Positions 9,911 to 18,103 of a DNA stretch of 64,000 bases are shown here, one piece after another. A program made the translations under genes and the position numbers. The notes under the pieces are model-generated. The model was given only the letters and a program-made list of their open reading frames with translations, had not been told where the DNA came from and did no database searches. Within the stretch, counting starts at the first letter, position 1; every line of letters starts with the position of its first letter. This DNA comes from Candidatus Limnocylindrales bacterium (GTDB lineage: Bacteria; Chloroflexota; Limnocylindria; Limnocylindrales; CSP1-4), in contig DATCPH010000166.1 in assembly GCA_036570185.1 (NCBI GenBank), positions 620 to 64,619 on the forward strand. The letters run 5' to 3'.

Positions 9911-10324
9911 TCAATCCTCGATGCCGACGGGGATCTCCTGGATGGTGCCGTCGAGGATTCGCCAGGCGCGGAGGCTCTCCCGTCCGGTGATGCGGTCGGC
10001 CTCGTCGGGTGCCAGGGAGACGAGCACGTAGAGGGCGTCGGGATAGAACGCCAGGCCGATGTCGGTGGCCGACGGGACCGCCGGCGAGTGGGTATGGGAG
10101 TGGACAATCGCCCAGAAGACCTCGTCGGCGTCGTCGGTCGTGATGGTCAGCCGCAGCAGGTCGTCCGGGTCGATCTCGTATCGAACGGCCGACCCGAGCC
10201 GGTTCCGCGTCGGCTCCCAGCGGACCGCCCGACCGCCCTCGGCCGCGGGCCGGTCTCCGATGATGAGGCCGCACGCTTCCGCCGGAGCCGCAGCCCGGGC
10301 ATGCGCGACGATCTGGTCGCGCAT
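9911..10324 (-). CDS. mec: JAMM/MPN+ metalloprotease Mec+, the CysO-processing and CysO-cysteine hydrolase
   Basis: The JAMM motif is present as E-x(n)-HSH-x7-S-xx-D (EACGLIIGD ... HSHTHSPAVPSATD). The gene sits in the operon downstream of cysO-cysM, matching M. tuberculosis Rv1334. The ATG at 10322-24 was chosen as start; a GTG a few codons upstream is also possible. Confidence 0.8.
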   Translation of the reverse strand: MRDQIVAHARAAAPAEACGLIIGDRPAAEGGRAVRWEPTRNRLGSAVRYEIDPDDLLRLTITTDDADEVFWAIVHSHTHSPAVPSATDIGLAFYPDALYVLVSLAPDEADRITGRESLRAWRILDGTIQEIPVGIED

Positions 10325-10461
10325 CGCGGCCGGCAGGACGATGCGTTCGGGGCCAAGAGAGCGGGGCAAGACCGTGGCCTGTCGCCTCGGCCATTCCTCG
10401 AGTGCTGCCAGCTCGCCTGCGTTCGCATCTGGTGCCGGTGGTCCGTTCGACGACGAGGCGC

Positions 10462-11457
10462 TCACCACCAGTTGACTCCGCCCTCCAGGTCCCCCTCCAT
10501 CTCGTCGAGGTCGCGCGTGAAGGTGCCGGCCGAGAGGTACTTCCAGCCGCCGTCGGGGAGGAGGACGACGATCGTGCCGGAGTTCATCTCGCGGGCGACG
10601 CGGGCTGCCGCGACCAACACGGCCCCGCACGAAGGCCCGGCAAAGATGCCTTCGCGGAAGACGAGATCGCGCAGTGCCGCGATCGCGTCGTGCGCGGAGA
10701 CCAGGTACTTCGCGTCCAGCATCGCGGGATCGAAGATCTCGGGCACAAAACCCTCTTCGAGCGATCGGAGTCCCTGGACCGCTTCACCGGGGAGCGGCTC
10801 CGCGGCAACGATGCGAACCCCCGGCTTGCGCTCCCGGAGATAGCGGCCAACCCCCATCAGCGTTCCCGACGTGCCCAGGCCGGCGACGAAGGCATCGATC
10901 TCGGGGCAGGCTTCGAGGATCTCGGGTCCGGTGGTCTCGTAGTGCGCGCGCGGGTTGGCCTCGTTGCCGTACTGGTAGGGCATCACGAACCGGCTGTCCT
11001 TGGAGACGAGGTGCTTGGCCAGCGCAATTGCCCCATTGGAGCCGAGGTGGCCGGGCGAGTCGATGACCTCGGCGCCGTACAGCGCGGCCATCTGGCGACG
11101 TTCCTGGGTGATGTTGTCGGGCATGACCAGGGCCACGCGATAGCCCTTCCGCCGGCCGATCATGGCCAGGGCGATGCCGGTATTCCCGGAGGTCGGCTCG
11201 AGAATGATCGAGTCGGGGCCCAGGAGGCCACGAAGCTCGAGATCCTCGATCAGGTACTTCGCAACGCGATCCTTGACGGACCCTGTCGGGTTCGCCATCT
11301 CCAGCTTGGCGAAGATCCGGACCGATGGCCGCGGTGACATCCGCGAAATCTCGACGAGCGGCGTATGTCCGATCGCATCCAGGATGTCGTCATAGCGGCC
11401 ACCTGCCTGCGCAGGCTCGGTCGGCCGCGCGGGCAGAAGCGCCCGAAGCGCGCCCAC
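10462..11457 (-). CDS. cysM: CysO-thiocarboxylate-dependent cysteine synthase CysM (PLP enzyme)
   Basis: The PLP-lysine region is present (TGSVKDR), and NTG and GTSGT motifs match. The product is collinear with M. tuberculosis CysM (Rv1336) along its full length. Confidence 0.9.
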   Translation of the reverse strand: MGALRALLPARPTEPAQAGGRYDDILDAIGHTPLVEISRMSPRPSVRIFAKLEMANPTGSVKDRVAKYLIEDLELRGLLGPDSIILEPTSGNTGIALAMIGRRKGYRVALVMPDNITQERRQMAALYGAEVIDSPGHLGSNGAIALAKHLVSKDSRFVMPYQYGNEANPRAHYETTGPEILEACPEIDAFVAGLGTSGTLMGVGRYLRERKPGVRIVAAEPLPGEAVQGLRSLEEGFVPEIFDPAMLDAKYLVSAHDAIAALRDLVFREGIFAGPSCGAVLVAAARVAREMNSGTIVVLLPDGGWKYLSAGTFTRDLDEMEGDLEGGVNWW

Positions 11458-11526
11458 GGTCAGTGCGCCGCGGGCGCCGACGAAGCCACCGGCCGGGTCA
11501 CTGGGCGCCCTTGGCCAGGCGAGGCA

Positions 11527-11808
11527 TCAGCGGGGCGCCCCCCCCGCCATGGCCGGCAGGAGGCGGACCTCGTCTGCTGCCTCGACCCTGGTTTCGAGCC
11601 CGTCGAGGTAGCGGACGTCCTGGCCGTTGACGTAAACGTTCACGAAGCGGTTGAGGTCGCCCTCGGGCGTCAGGAGCTGATCGCGCAGCGACGGGTGGCG
11701 CGCCACCAGGGCACCGACGAGGTCCTTGACTGACCCGCCGTCGAGCTCGAGCTGCTTGGCCCCACCCGCCGACGGACGGAGGACCTGCGGCAGCCAGACC
11801 GTGCTCAT
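11527..11808 (-). CDS. cysO: Sulfur-carrier protein CysO (MoaD/ThiS fold) with a C-terminal GG followed by a 3-residue APR tail
   Basis: The 93-aa beta-grasp protein ends ...LLPAMAGG-APR*. Its ATG overlaps the moeZ stop as ATGA. It lies between moeZ and cysM. Confidence 0.85.
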   Translation of the reverse strand: MSTVWLPQVLRPSAGGAKQLELDGGSVKDLVGALVARHPSLRDQLLTPEGDLNRFVNVYVNGQDVRYLDGLETRVEAADEVRLLPAMAGGAPR

Positions 11809-13046
11809 ACCTGAGTGCCCGCCTGGTTGCCAGCTGAAGCCCCGATGGCCGGGCCCAGCGCGAACGGTGCATCGGTCGCGGCCGGCGCGGCCGCGGCCAC
11901 CGCGAGGGGACGGCCGGCGCGGCGGGCCTCGACGGCCGCATCCGAGCAGACCGGGCACTCGGGATCGCGCCGAAGGCGAAGCTCCGTGAACGAAGCGTCG
12001 AGCGCGTCGAACAGCAGCAGGCGACCCACGAGCGAGTCGCCGATCCCCAGGAGGAGCTTCAGGACCTCGTTCGCCTGGAGCATGCCCATGATGCCGGGGA
12101 CCACTCCGAGGACACCGGCCACGGAGCAGCCGGGGGCGAGCTCGGGCGGCGGTGGCGTCGGGTAGAGGCAGCGGTAGCACGGCCCCTCGAACGGCTTGAA
12201 GACCGTCAACTGACCCTCGAACCGGAAGACGCTGGCGTGGACGACGGGGATGTTCTCGGCCACCGCGGCGTCGTTGAGGAGGTAGCGCGTCTCGAATGTG
12301 TCCGTTCCGTCCAGGATCACGTCGTAGCCGGCGATGATCCGCTCGACGTTGTCGGCGACGAGCATCTCTTCATGGGCGACGATCTTGACCTCGGGGTTGA
12401 GGGCCGTGATCGAGATCCGCGCGGATTCGGTCTTCTTGGTCCCGACCCGATCGGTGGTGTGGAGGATCTGGCGCTGCAGGTTCGAAATGTCGACCACGTC
12501 GAAGTCGACGATGCCGATCGTGCCGACGCCGGCCGCGGCCAGGTAGAGCGCTGCCGGGCTGCCGAGCCCCCCGGCACCGATCAGCAGGACCTTGGATTCG
12601 AGCAGCTTCGCCTGACCCTCGATGCCGACCTCGGGGATCAGCAGGTGGCGGCTGTAGCGCTGCTTCTGCTCGGAGGTCAGGGCCGCGGGCATCGTCCAGG
12701 GCAGGCCCGACGACTTCCAGCCCTGGAAGCCGCTCGACATCGAGGCGACGTTCGTGTAGCCGAGCGCCTTCAGCGTCTGCGCAGCGAACAGCGATCGAAC
12801 GCCGCCGGCGCAGTACAGCACGACCTCCTGGTCGCGATCCGGGACCGCGCTCTCGATCTGCTGCTCGACGTAGCTCTTGCTGATGTGGACGGCCCCGGGC
12901 AGGTGCCCCTGCTCCCACTCGGACGCCTCGCGGACGTCGACGATGGAGACGTCGCCCCGTTCGCGGAGGAGGTCGACCTCGGGCGGGGTCACCTGGCGGA
13001 TCTCCGCGCGGGCTTCTCGCAGCAGGTCGGAATAGGTCTTCGGCAT
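11805..13046 (-). CDS. moeZ: MoeZ/MoeB-type E1-like sulfurtransferase with rhodanese at the N-terminus and ThiF/MoeB at the C-terminus
   Basis: The rhodanese active-site loop is present (CAGGVRS). The ThiF nucleotide-binding motif (GAGGLGS) and zinc-binding cysteine pairs (CYRC ... CPVC) are also present. Confidence 0.85.
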   Translation of the reverse strand: MPKTYSDLLREARAEIRQVTPPEVDLLRERGDVSIVDVREASEWEQGHLPGAVHISKSYVEQQIESAVPDRDQEVVLYCAGGVRSLFAAQTLKALGYTNVASMSSGFQGWKSSGLPWTMPAALTSEQKQRYSRHLLIPEVGIEGQAKLLESKVLLIGAGGLGSPAALYLAAAGVGTIGIVDFDVVDISNLQRQILHTTDRVGTKKTESARISITALNPEVKIVAHEEMLVADNVERIIAGYDVILDGTDTFETRYLLNDAAVAENIPVVHASVFRFEGQLTVFKPFEGPCYRCLYPTPPPPELAPGCSVAGVLGVVPGIMGMLQANEVLKLLLGIGDSLVGRLLLFDALDASFTELRLRRDPECPVCSDAAVEARRAGRPLAVAAAAPAATDAPFALGPAIGASAGNQAGTQV

Positions 13047-13210
13047 GGGTCGTTCGCTTCTCCCTGGAATTACGTGGCTGCTTACCTGTCTGGTGGCAGC
13101 CCAGTGGCGGTACGAGCGCCCTCGATGGCAGTCGACGGCGCACGGCAGCTCGCCGGCGGCTCAGGCCGGCTCGCTACACCTGCAGCAGCCCAGGCAACTC
13201 GAGCGCACGG

Positions 13211-13669
13211 TCATGAGTCGCTGCCCTGGATCGAGGCCGACGGGGCTGTCGCCGTTGCCGCTGTGGCCGCTGTGGCCGCTGTGGCCGCCGCCGCGCCGGC
13301 CAGAGCTGCGTCGGCCAGCGCCTGCTGGACTGTTTCGAGGGACAACATCGCGCATTTCAGGCGGGCCGGACTGATCTCGATGCCGAGCAGATCGAGCAGC
13401 TCGTCGGCACGGAATGCAACGACGTCACCGACCCGCTTGCCCTTGATCTCGTCGGTCAGGAGGGATGCCGACGCCTGGCTGATCGCGCACCCCCGGCCGG
13501 TGAACCCGACGCGTTCGACGACCCCGTTGTGGATCCCGAGCTGCATCGTGATCCGATCGCCGCACAGGGGGTTGGCACCCTCGTGCGACGCGGAGGGGTT
13601 GTCGATGACCCCGAAGTTATGGGGCCGCCGGTAGTGCTCGAGGATGTAGTCGCGGTACAGATCGTCCAT
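13211..13669 (-). CDS. sufU: SufU-type Fe-S cluster assembly sulfur acceptor (NifU/IscU-like N domain) with a low-complexity Ala/Thr C-terminal tail
   Basis: Conserved motifs DNPLCGD, GRGCAIS and LKCAMLS are present. The start at MDDLYRDY is chosen from the longer ORF. The gene lies downstream of sufS. Confidence 0.8.
   Translation of the reverse strand: MDDLYRDYILEHYRRPHNFGVIDNPSASHEGANPLCGDRITMQLGIHNGVVERVGFTGRGCAISQASASLLTDEIKGKRVGDVVAFRADELLDLLGIEISPARLKCAMLSLETVQQALADAALAGAAAATAATAATAATATAPSASIQGSDS
13252..13287. repeat. 9-bp tandem repeat (CTGTGGCCG, three perfect copies plus one degenerate) inside the 3' end of sufU
   Basis: Direct reading of the sequence. On the coding strand it encodes the AATAATAATAAT tail. 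Confidence 0.6.
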
Positions 13670-13691
13670 CGTGGTTCGCGAGTCTAGTCCT

Positions 13692-14942
13692 TCAGACGTC
13701 GAACACTCGCCAGACCTCACGGAGGCCGGCGACGAGAGCGTCGATATCTTCGCGCGTGGAGTAAACGTTGAAGCTCGCCCGGGCGGTCGCAGCGAGGTCG
13801 AGCCGCTCGTGGAGCGGCATCGTGCAGTGGTGGCCGGCGCGGACCGCGATCCCCGACCGGTCGAGGATCTGGGCCACGTCGTGGGGATGGACGCCCGGCA
13901 CGTTGAACGGCACGACGCCCCCTCGAAGGTCTGGGTCGAGCGGCCCGTACAACGCGATGCCGGGCAGTTCGCGCGGCAGTGTCTCGAGCGCGTAGGCGAC
14001 GAGGTCGCGCTCGTGCGCGCGTACGCGATCCATCCCGAGGTCCGCAAGATAATCCGCGGCCACACCGAAGCCGATCGCCGCGGCGATATCCGGCGTGCCT
14101 GCCTCGAACTTCCATGGAACGTCGTTGAAGTCACTCCGGCGCAGGTGCACCTCGCGGATCATCTCGCCGCCGGCGAGGAACGGCGGCATCGCATCCAGCA
14201 ACTCGCGACGACCCCAGAGGGCCCCCGAACCGGTGGGTCCGAGCATCTTGTGGCCCGAGAACACGTAGAAGTCCGCCCCGATCGCCTGGACGTCGACCGG
14301 CACGTGAGGCACCGCCTGGGCGCCGTCGATGAGGACGAGCGCGCCGGCGTCATGCGCCATCCTGGTCATTTCGGCGACCGGGTTGATGGTGCCGAGGGTG
14401 TTGCTGACGTGAGTGAAGGCGACGAGCTTCGGCTTCAACCGCAGGAGGACGTCGTAGACGTCGAGCCGGAGGAGGCCGTCATCCGTGATCGAGGTGAACT
14501 CGAGATCGGCGTCCCGCTCCTGGACGAGGATCTGCCACGGAACGAGGTTCGCGTGATGCTCCATCTCCGTCAGGACGATGGCGTCGCCGCGGTTGACGTT
14601 TCGACGACCCCACGAATAGGCGACGAGGTTGATCGCCTCGGTTGCGTTCCGGGTGAACACGATCTCGTGGGCGTCGGGCGCGTTGACGAAGCGGCCGACT
14701 GCCGCCCGGGCGCGCTCGTACTCGGCCGTCGCTCGCTCGCCGATCTCGTAAATGCCACGATGGACGTTGGCGTTGTACTCGCGATAGAACGTGTCGACCG
14801 CATCGATCACGACCTGCGGCTTCTGGCTCGTCGACGCCGAATCGAGGTAGACCAGCTGCCGGCCATGCGACTCCGTCGCAAGGATCGGAAAGTCCTTCCG
14901 GATGTCCGACGCATCGAGGCCCGCGACAGCCGAGATCGCCAT
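13692..14942 (-). CDS. sufS: Cysteine desulfurase SufS (class V aminotransferase, group II)
   Basis: The PLP-lysine motif is present (SGHKMLGPTGSG). The active-site Cys region is present (RAGHHCTMP). The product is full-length collinear with SufS/CsdA. Confidence 0.9.
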   Translation of the reverse strand: MAISAVAGLDASDIRKDFPILATESHGRQLVYLDSASTSQKPQVVIDAVDTFYREYNANVHRGIYEIGERATAEYERARAAVGRFVNAPDAHEIVFTRNATEAINLVAYSWGRRNVNRGDAIVLTEMEHHANLVPWQILVQERDADLEFTSITDDGLLRLDVYDVLLRLKPKLVAFTHVSNTLGTINPVAEMTRMAHDAGALVLIDGAQAVPHVPVDVQAIGADFYVFSGHKMLGPTGSGALWGRRELLDAMPPFLAGGEMIREVHLRRSDFNDVPWKFEAGTPDIAAAIGFGVAADYLADLGMDRVRAHERDLVAYALETLPRELPGIALYGPLDPDLRGGVVPFNVPGVHPHDVAQILDRSGIAVRAGHHCTMPLHERLDLAATARASFNVYSTREDIDALVAGLREVWRVFDV

Positions 14943-14956
14943 TGGTGATCCCGCGG

Positions 14957-15853
14957 TTAGCGGGCTGCCTCCAGGACCTGGGGCGGCTCCTCGGGCAGCA
15001 GGAGGGCCTCGTCAGGTACGTCGATCGCCAGCCCGGCCTCGCGCAGGATGGGACCGTAGCCCTCTTCTTCGAGGCGAAGCGCGAGGTCCTTGCCGCCGGT
15101 CCGCACGATGCGGCCCTGGGCAAGGACGTGGACCACATCCGGGGTGATGTAGTTCAGCAGTCGCTGGTAGTGGGTGATGAGCAGGACGCCGAGCTCCGGG
15201 TTGAGCATCGCGTTGACGCCTTCGGCGACGATCCGGAGGGCGTCGATGTCGAGGCCGGAGTCCGTCTCGTCCAGGATCGCCATCTCCGGCTCCAGGACGG
15301 CCATCTGCAGCATCTCGAGGCGCTTCTTCTCTCCGCCAGAAAAGCCGTCGTTCACATATCGCGCGGCGATTCCCTCGTCCATCCGGAGGAGCGCCATCTT
15401 GTCGCGCATCTTCTGACGGAAGTCGCGCATGCTGATGCCGCCCTTCATCGGGTCCGTCGGGTCCACGTCTCCGCTTCGGTCGACGCCCTGGAGCCGGGCA
15501 TTGAGCGCGGAACGGATGAAGCTGGCAACCGACAGGCCGGGAATGGCGGTCGGGTACTGGAAGGCCAGGAACAGGCCGAGCCGGGCGCGCTTGTCGGGGG
15601 ACAGGGCCAGCACGTTGCGGCCCTTCCAGATCACGCTGCCGCCGGTCACCTGGTAGGCCGGATGCCCGAGCAACGCGTAGGCCAGGGTGGTCTTGCCCGA
15701 GCCGTTGGGGCCCATGATCGCGTGGACTTCGCCCTTGCCGACCTCGAGGTCGATGCCCCGGAGGATCTCCTGGTCGGGGTGGCCGAGTGGCGCCACGCGC
15801 AGGCCGCGGATCACCAGGCGCTGGTCGGTGTGGTTGTTGCGATCCTCGGTCAT
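14957..15853 (-). CDS. sufC: Fe-S assembly ATPase SufC
   Basis: A Walker A motif (GPNGSGKTT), the ABC signature (FSGGEKKR) and Walker B (LDETDSGLD) are present. The start at MTEDRNNH was chosen. The 73-aa Arg-rich N-terminal extension in the ORF track is rejected. Confidence 0.85.
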   Translation of the reverse strand: MTEDRNNHTDQRLVIRGLRVAPLGHPDQEILRGIDLEVGKGEVHAIMGPNGSGKTTLAYALLGHPAYQVTGGSVIWKGRNVLALSPDKRARLGLFLAFQYPTAIPGLSVASFIRSALNARLQGVDRSGDVDPTDPMKGGISMRDFRQKMRDKMALLRMDEGIAARYVNDGFSGGEKKRLEMLQMAVLEPEMAILDETDSGLDIDALRIVAEGVNAMLNPELGVLLITHYQRLLNYITPDVVHVLAQGRIVRTGGKDLALRLEEEGYGPILREAGLAIDVPDEALLLPEEPPQVLEAAR

Positions 15854-16413
15854 GGCTGGATCACGGGCGCGCGAAGCGCCGCCTCGTCGTTGGGTGCAGT
15901 CGTCAGCTCCTGGATCGAGGCGACCGGCAGCGCAGGGGCCGTGATGGCCTCCGGCAGGCGGTTCCTCGGCGGCACGAGATCCGCGAGGGTCATCCCGTCG
16001 AGCGTCGACGCAATCGCATTGCGCACGCGGACCCAGAGGACATTCACCGTGCATGACGGCGTGCGGTCGCAATCGAGGGCGTGCTCGGGATCGTCGGAGG
16101 CACAGATCATCGGCGCGATCGGTCCCTCGAGAGCCCGGACGACCTCGCCCATCGAGATCTCCCTTGGCGGTCGGGTCAGCTCGTAGCCACCGTGGGCGCC
16201 GCGGGTGCTGACCACGAGGTTGGCATCACGCAGGCTCATCACCAGCTGCTCGAGGTAGGCGCGCGGCAGATCCTCCTCGGCGGCGATTTCTGCGAGCGAC
16301 GCCGGCCCGCGGCCGAAATGTCGACCGAGCTGAACCATCAAGCGGACGCCGTACTCGCCCTTCGTGCTGAAGGCGATCGCGCCACTGCCGTGGAACGTCG
16401 TGCGATGACTCAG
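15850..16413 (-). CDS. Rrf2-family (IscR/RsrR-like) transcriptional regulator; the start is not canonical
   Basis: The Rrf2 wHTH region is present (GPASLAEIAAEE...YLEQL), with a three-Cys cluster (C-x10-C-x5-C). The conserved N-terminal FSTKGEYGVRLM is encoded upstream of the first in-frame ATG/TTG. The only plausible initiator is a CTG at 16411-13, six nt after AAGGAG. The stop overlaps the sufC ATG as ATGA. Confidence 0.65.
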   Translation of the reverse strand: MSHRTTFHGSGAIAFSTKGEYGVRLMVQLGRHFGRGPASLAEIAAEEDLPRAYLEQLVMSLRDANLVVSTRGAHGGYELTRPPREISMGEVVRALEGPIAPMICASDDPEHALDCDRTPSCTVNVLWVRVRNAIASTLDGMTLADLVPPRNRLPEAITAPALPVASIQELTTAPNDEAALRAPVIQP

Positions 16414-16468
16414 AAGATGCTCCTTGGGGCTCGTTGGGGCTCGTCGTCGGGGCTCTGATTCGGCCGGT

Positions 16469-16493
16469 AATTCCGACCTTGGAGGTCGGGATT
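16469..16493. promoter_or_regulatory. Imperfect palindrome AATTCCGAC-N7-GTCGGGATT in the rrf2 upstream region; candidate Rrf2/IscR-type operator
   Basis: The 9-bp inverted arms have one mismatch. The site lies about 55-80 nt upstream of the putative rrf2 start. The GAC ... TCGGGA half-sites resemble IscR type-1 sites. Confidence 0.3.
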
Positions 16494-16604
16494 GAAGTCT
16501 AGCCGGGGCGCGAGATTCTCGTCAATCGACGGCGGGGAGGGTCCCCCGACCGGCGCGCCCGAGGGGCCGCGAGCATCCCTGGCCGGGCCAGGATCCGTGT
16601 CACT

Positions 16605-16633
16605 TTGACGCGATTCGGTCACGGTGGTTAGAT
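16605..16633 (+). promoter_or_regulatory. Candidate sigma-A-type promoter (TTGACG-N17-TTAGAT) for the downstream ABC transporter operon
   Basis: The hexamers are near-consensus with a 17-nt spacer. The promoter lies about 130 nt upstream of the binding-protein ATG at 16764. Confidence 0.4.
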
Positions 16634-16763
16634 GGGCGGGCGGTGCTGCGCGCGCACCTCGAGCGGTCGAGCCGGGGCATCTGAGCCTCGGGCGGCAGGA
16701 TCCCACGGACATCCCGCTCCCTTGAGCCGCTGATCACCCATCGGTCACCAGCTACGGAGAAGC

Positions 16764-17906
16764 ATGGTCAGGACCCGCCGATTCGCGCCGGTCTTCGCCC
16801 TGGTGGCCGCAGCCTTCTTGGCCGCCGCGTGTGGGGGCGGCGCCACCACCAGGCCGGGGTCAAACGAACCGGCCGGGTCGCAGTCACCGATGGAAGCGCT
16901 GATTGCGGGCGCGCGGGCAGAAGGCAGCCTGACCACCATCGCCCTCCTCCACGGATGGTGCGGCTACGGCGACCTCATCTCCAACTTCAAGACCAAGTAC
17001 GAGATCGCGATCAGTGAGCTGAACCCGGAGGGTGGTTCCAAGGACGAAATCGACGCGATCAACCAGAGCAAGGCCGGCGGCCCGAGTGCACCGGACGTCA
17101 TCGACGTGGGCGTCAAGTACGGCCCGCCATCGGTGAGCGGCGGCATCCTCCAGCCATACAAGGTCACGTCCTGGGAGACGATCCCGGGTTCGGCCAAGGA
17201 CGCACACGGGAACTGGTACGGCGGCTACTACGGCGTGGTGTCCTTCGAGGTGAACACGGCCCTCGTAAAGGAGGTCCCAAGCGATTGGTCGGACCTGCTC
17301 AAGCCTGCGTACAAGAAATCGATCGCCCTCTCGGGTGACCCGACGGTTTCCGGAAATGCCCTCTCTCAGGCAGCCTTCGCCGTGTGGTCTGCTTCGCTTG
17401 CCAACGGTGGCTCACTCGATGACGCGCAACCCGGGCTTGCCTTCTTCAAGCAGCTGAATGCTGCAGGCAACCTGGTGCCGGTCGTCGGCACGACAGCCAC
17501 GGTCGCCAGCGGGCAGACCCCGATCCGCATCACCTGGACCTACAGCGCGCTCGCCGACCGGGACTACCTCCGGGGCGCACCGCCGATCACGGTCGTGGTT
17601 CCGAGCCGTGGCCGCCTTGGTGGCACCGCCGCACAGGCGATCAGCGCGTTCGCGCCGCACCCCAACGCGGCGAAACTCTGGGAGGAGTACCTGTACTCCG
17701 ACCAGGGCCAGCTGACCTGGCTCAAGAATTACTGCAGTCCGATCCGCTACGAGGACCTCAAATCTCGCGGGATCATTCCGCCCGAGATCTCGGCCAGGGT
17801 GCCGGACACATCCGGAACCATGCTGCCCACCGTCGATCAGATCGAGAAGGCCGGCAATCTCATCGTCAAGGGCTGGGCAAAGACGGTCGGCGTCGCCGTC
17901 AAGTAG
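16764..17906 (+). CDS. ABC transporter substrate-binding lipoprotein of the PotD/AfuA/PhnS family
   Basis: A signal peptide with lipobox (LAAACGG) is present. The periplasmic binding protein fold is type 1. GGAGAAG precedes the ATG. Confidence 0.85.
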   Translation: MVRTRRFAPVFALVAAAFLAAACGGGATTRPGSNEPAGSQSPMEALIAGARAEGSLTTIALLHGWCGYGDLISNFKTKYEIAISELNPEGGSKDEIDAINQSKAGGPSAPDVIDVGVKYGPPSVSGGILQPYKVTSWETIPGSAKDAHGNWYGGYYGVVSFEVNTALVKEVPSDWSDLLKPAYKKSIALSGDPTVSGNALSQAAFAVWSASLANGGSLDDAQPGLAFFKQLNAAGNLVPVVGTTATVASGQTPIRITWTYSALADRDYLRGAPPITVVVPSRGRLGGTAAQAISAFAPHPNAAKLWEEYLYSDQGQLTWLKNYCSPIRYEDLKSRGIIPPEISARVPDTSGTMLPTVDQIEKAGNLIVKGWAKTVGVAVK

Positions 17907-18103
17907 CCGCCCGATCTGCGCGAGACCTGGACCCGAGCAACGTTTACGTCGCGGCAAGCAAAAATGGCTGGCGCAAGCACTCGGGTCGCGCCTAGACTGC
18001 ATCCGTCGCGAGCCCGATTGGACCGCGCAGCGCGGCGGCACGAACAAGATCGAAAAAAGGTGCTCAAACCGCGCGGGGCGACGTACTGGAGGAGGAGCAG
18101 ACC

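Noticed and set aside
7251-9990. Several long ORFs (7251-8306 -, 7666-8778 +, 8117-9124 -, 8839-9990 +) overlapping the second cyclase gene
   Set aside because: All have biased Arg/Pro/Gly composition and lack motifs. The 6733-9381 frame carries the cyclase, P-loop and TPR homology.
12237-13634. 465-aa plus-strand ORF
   Set aside because: Antisense to moeZ and sufU. Composition is Asp/Gly/Arg-biased.
13671-16186. Plus-strand ORFs 13671-14948 and 14942-16186
   Set aside because: Antisense to sufS, sufC and rrf2, which have unambiguous homology.
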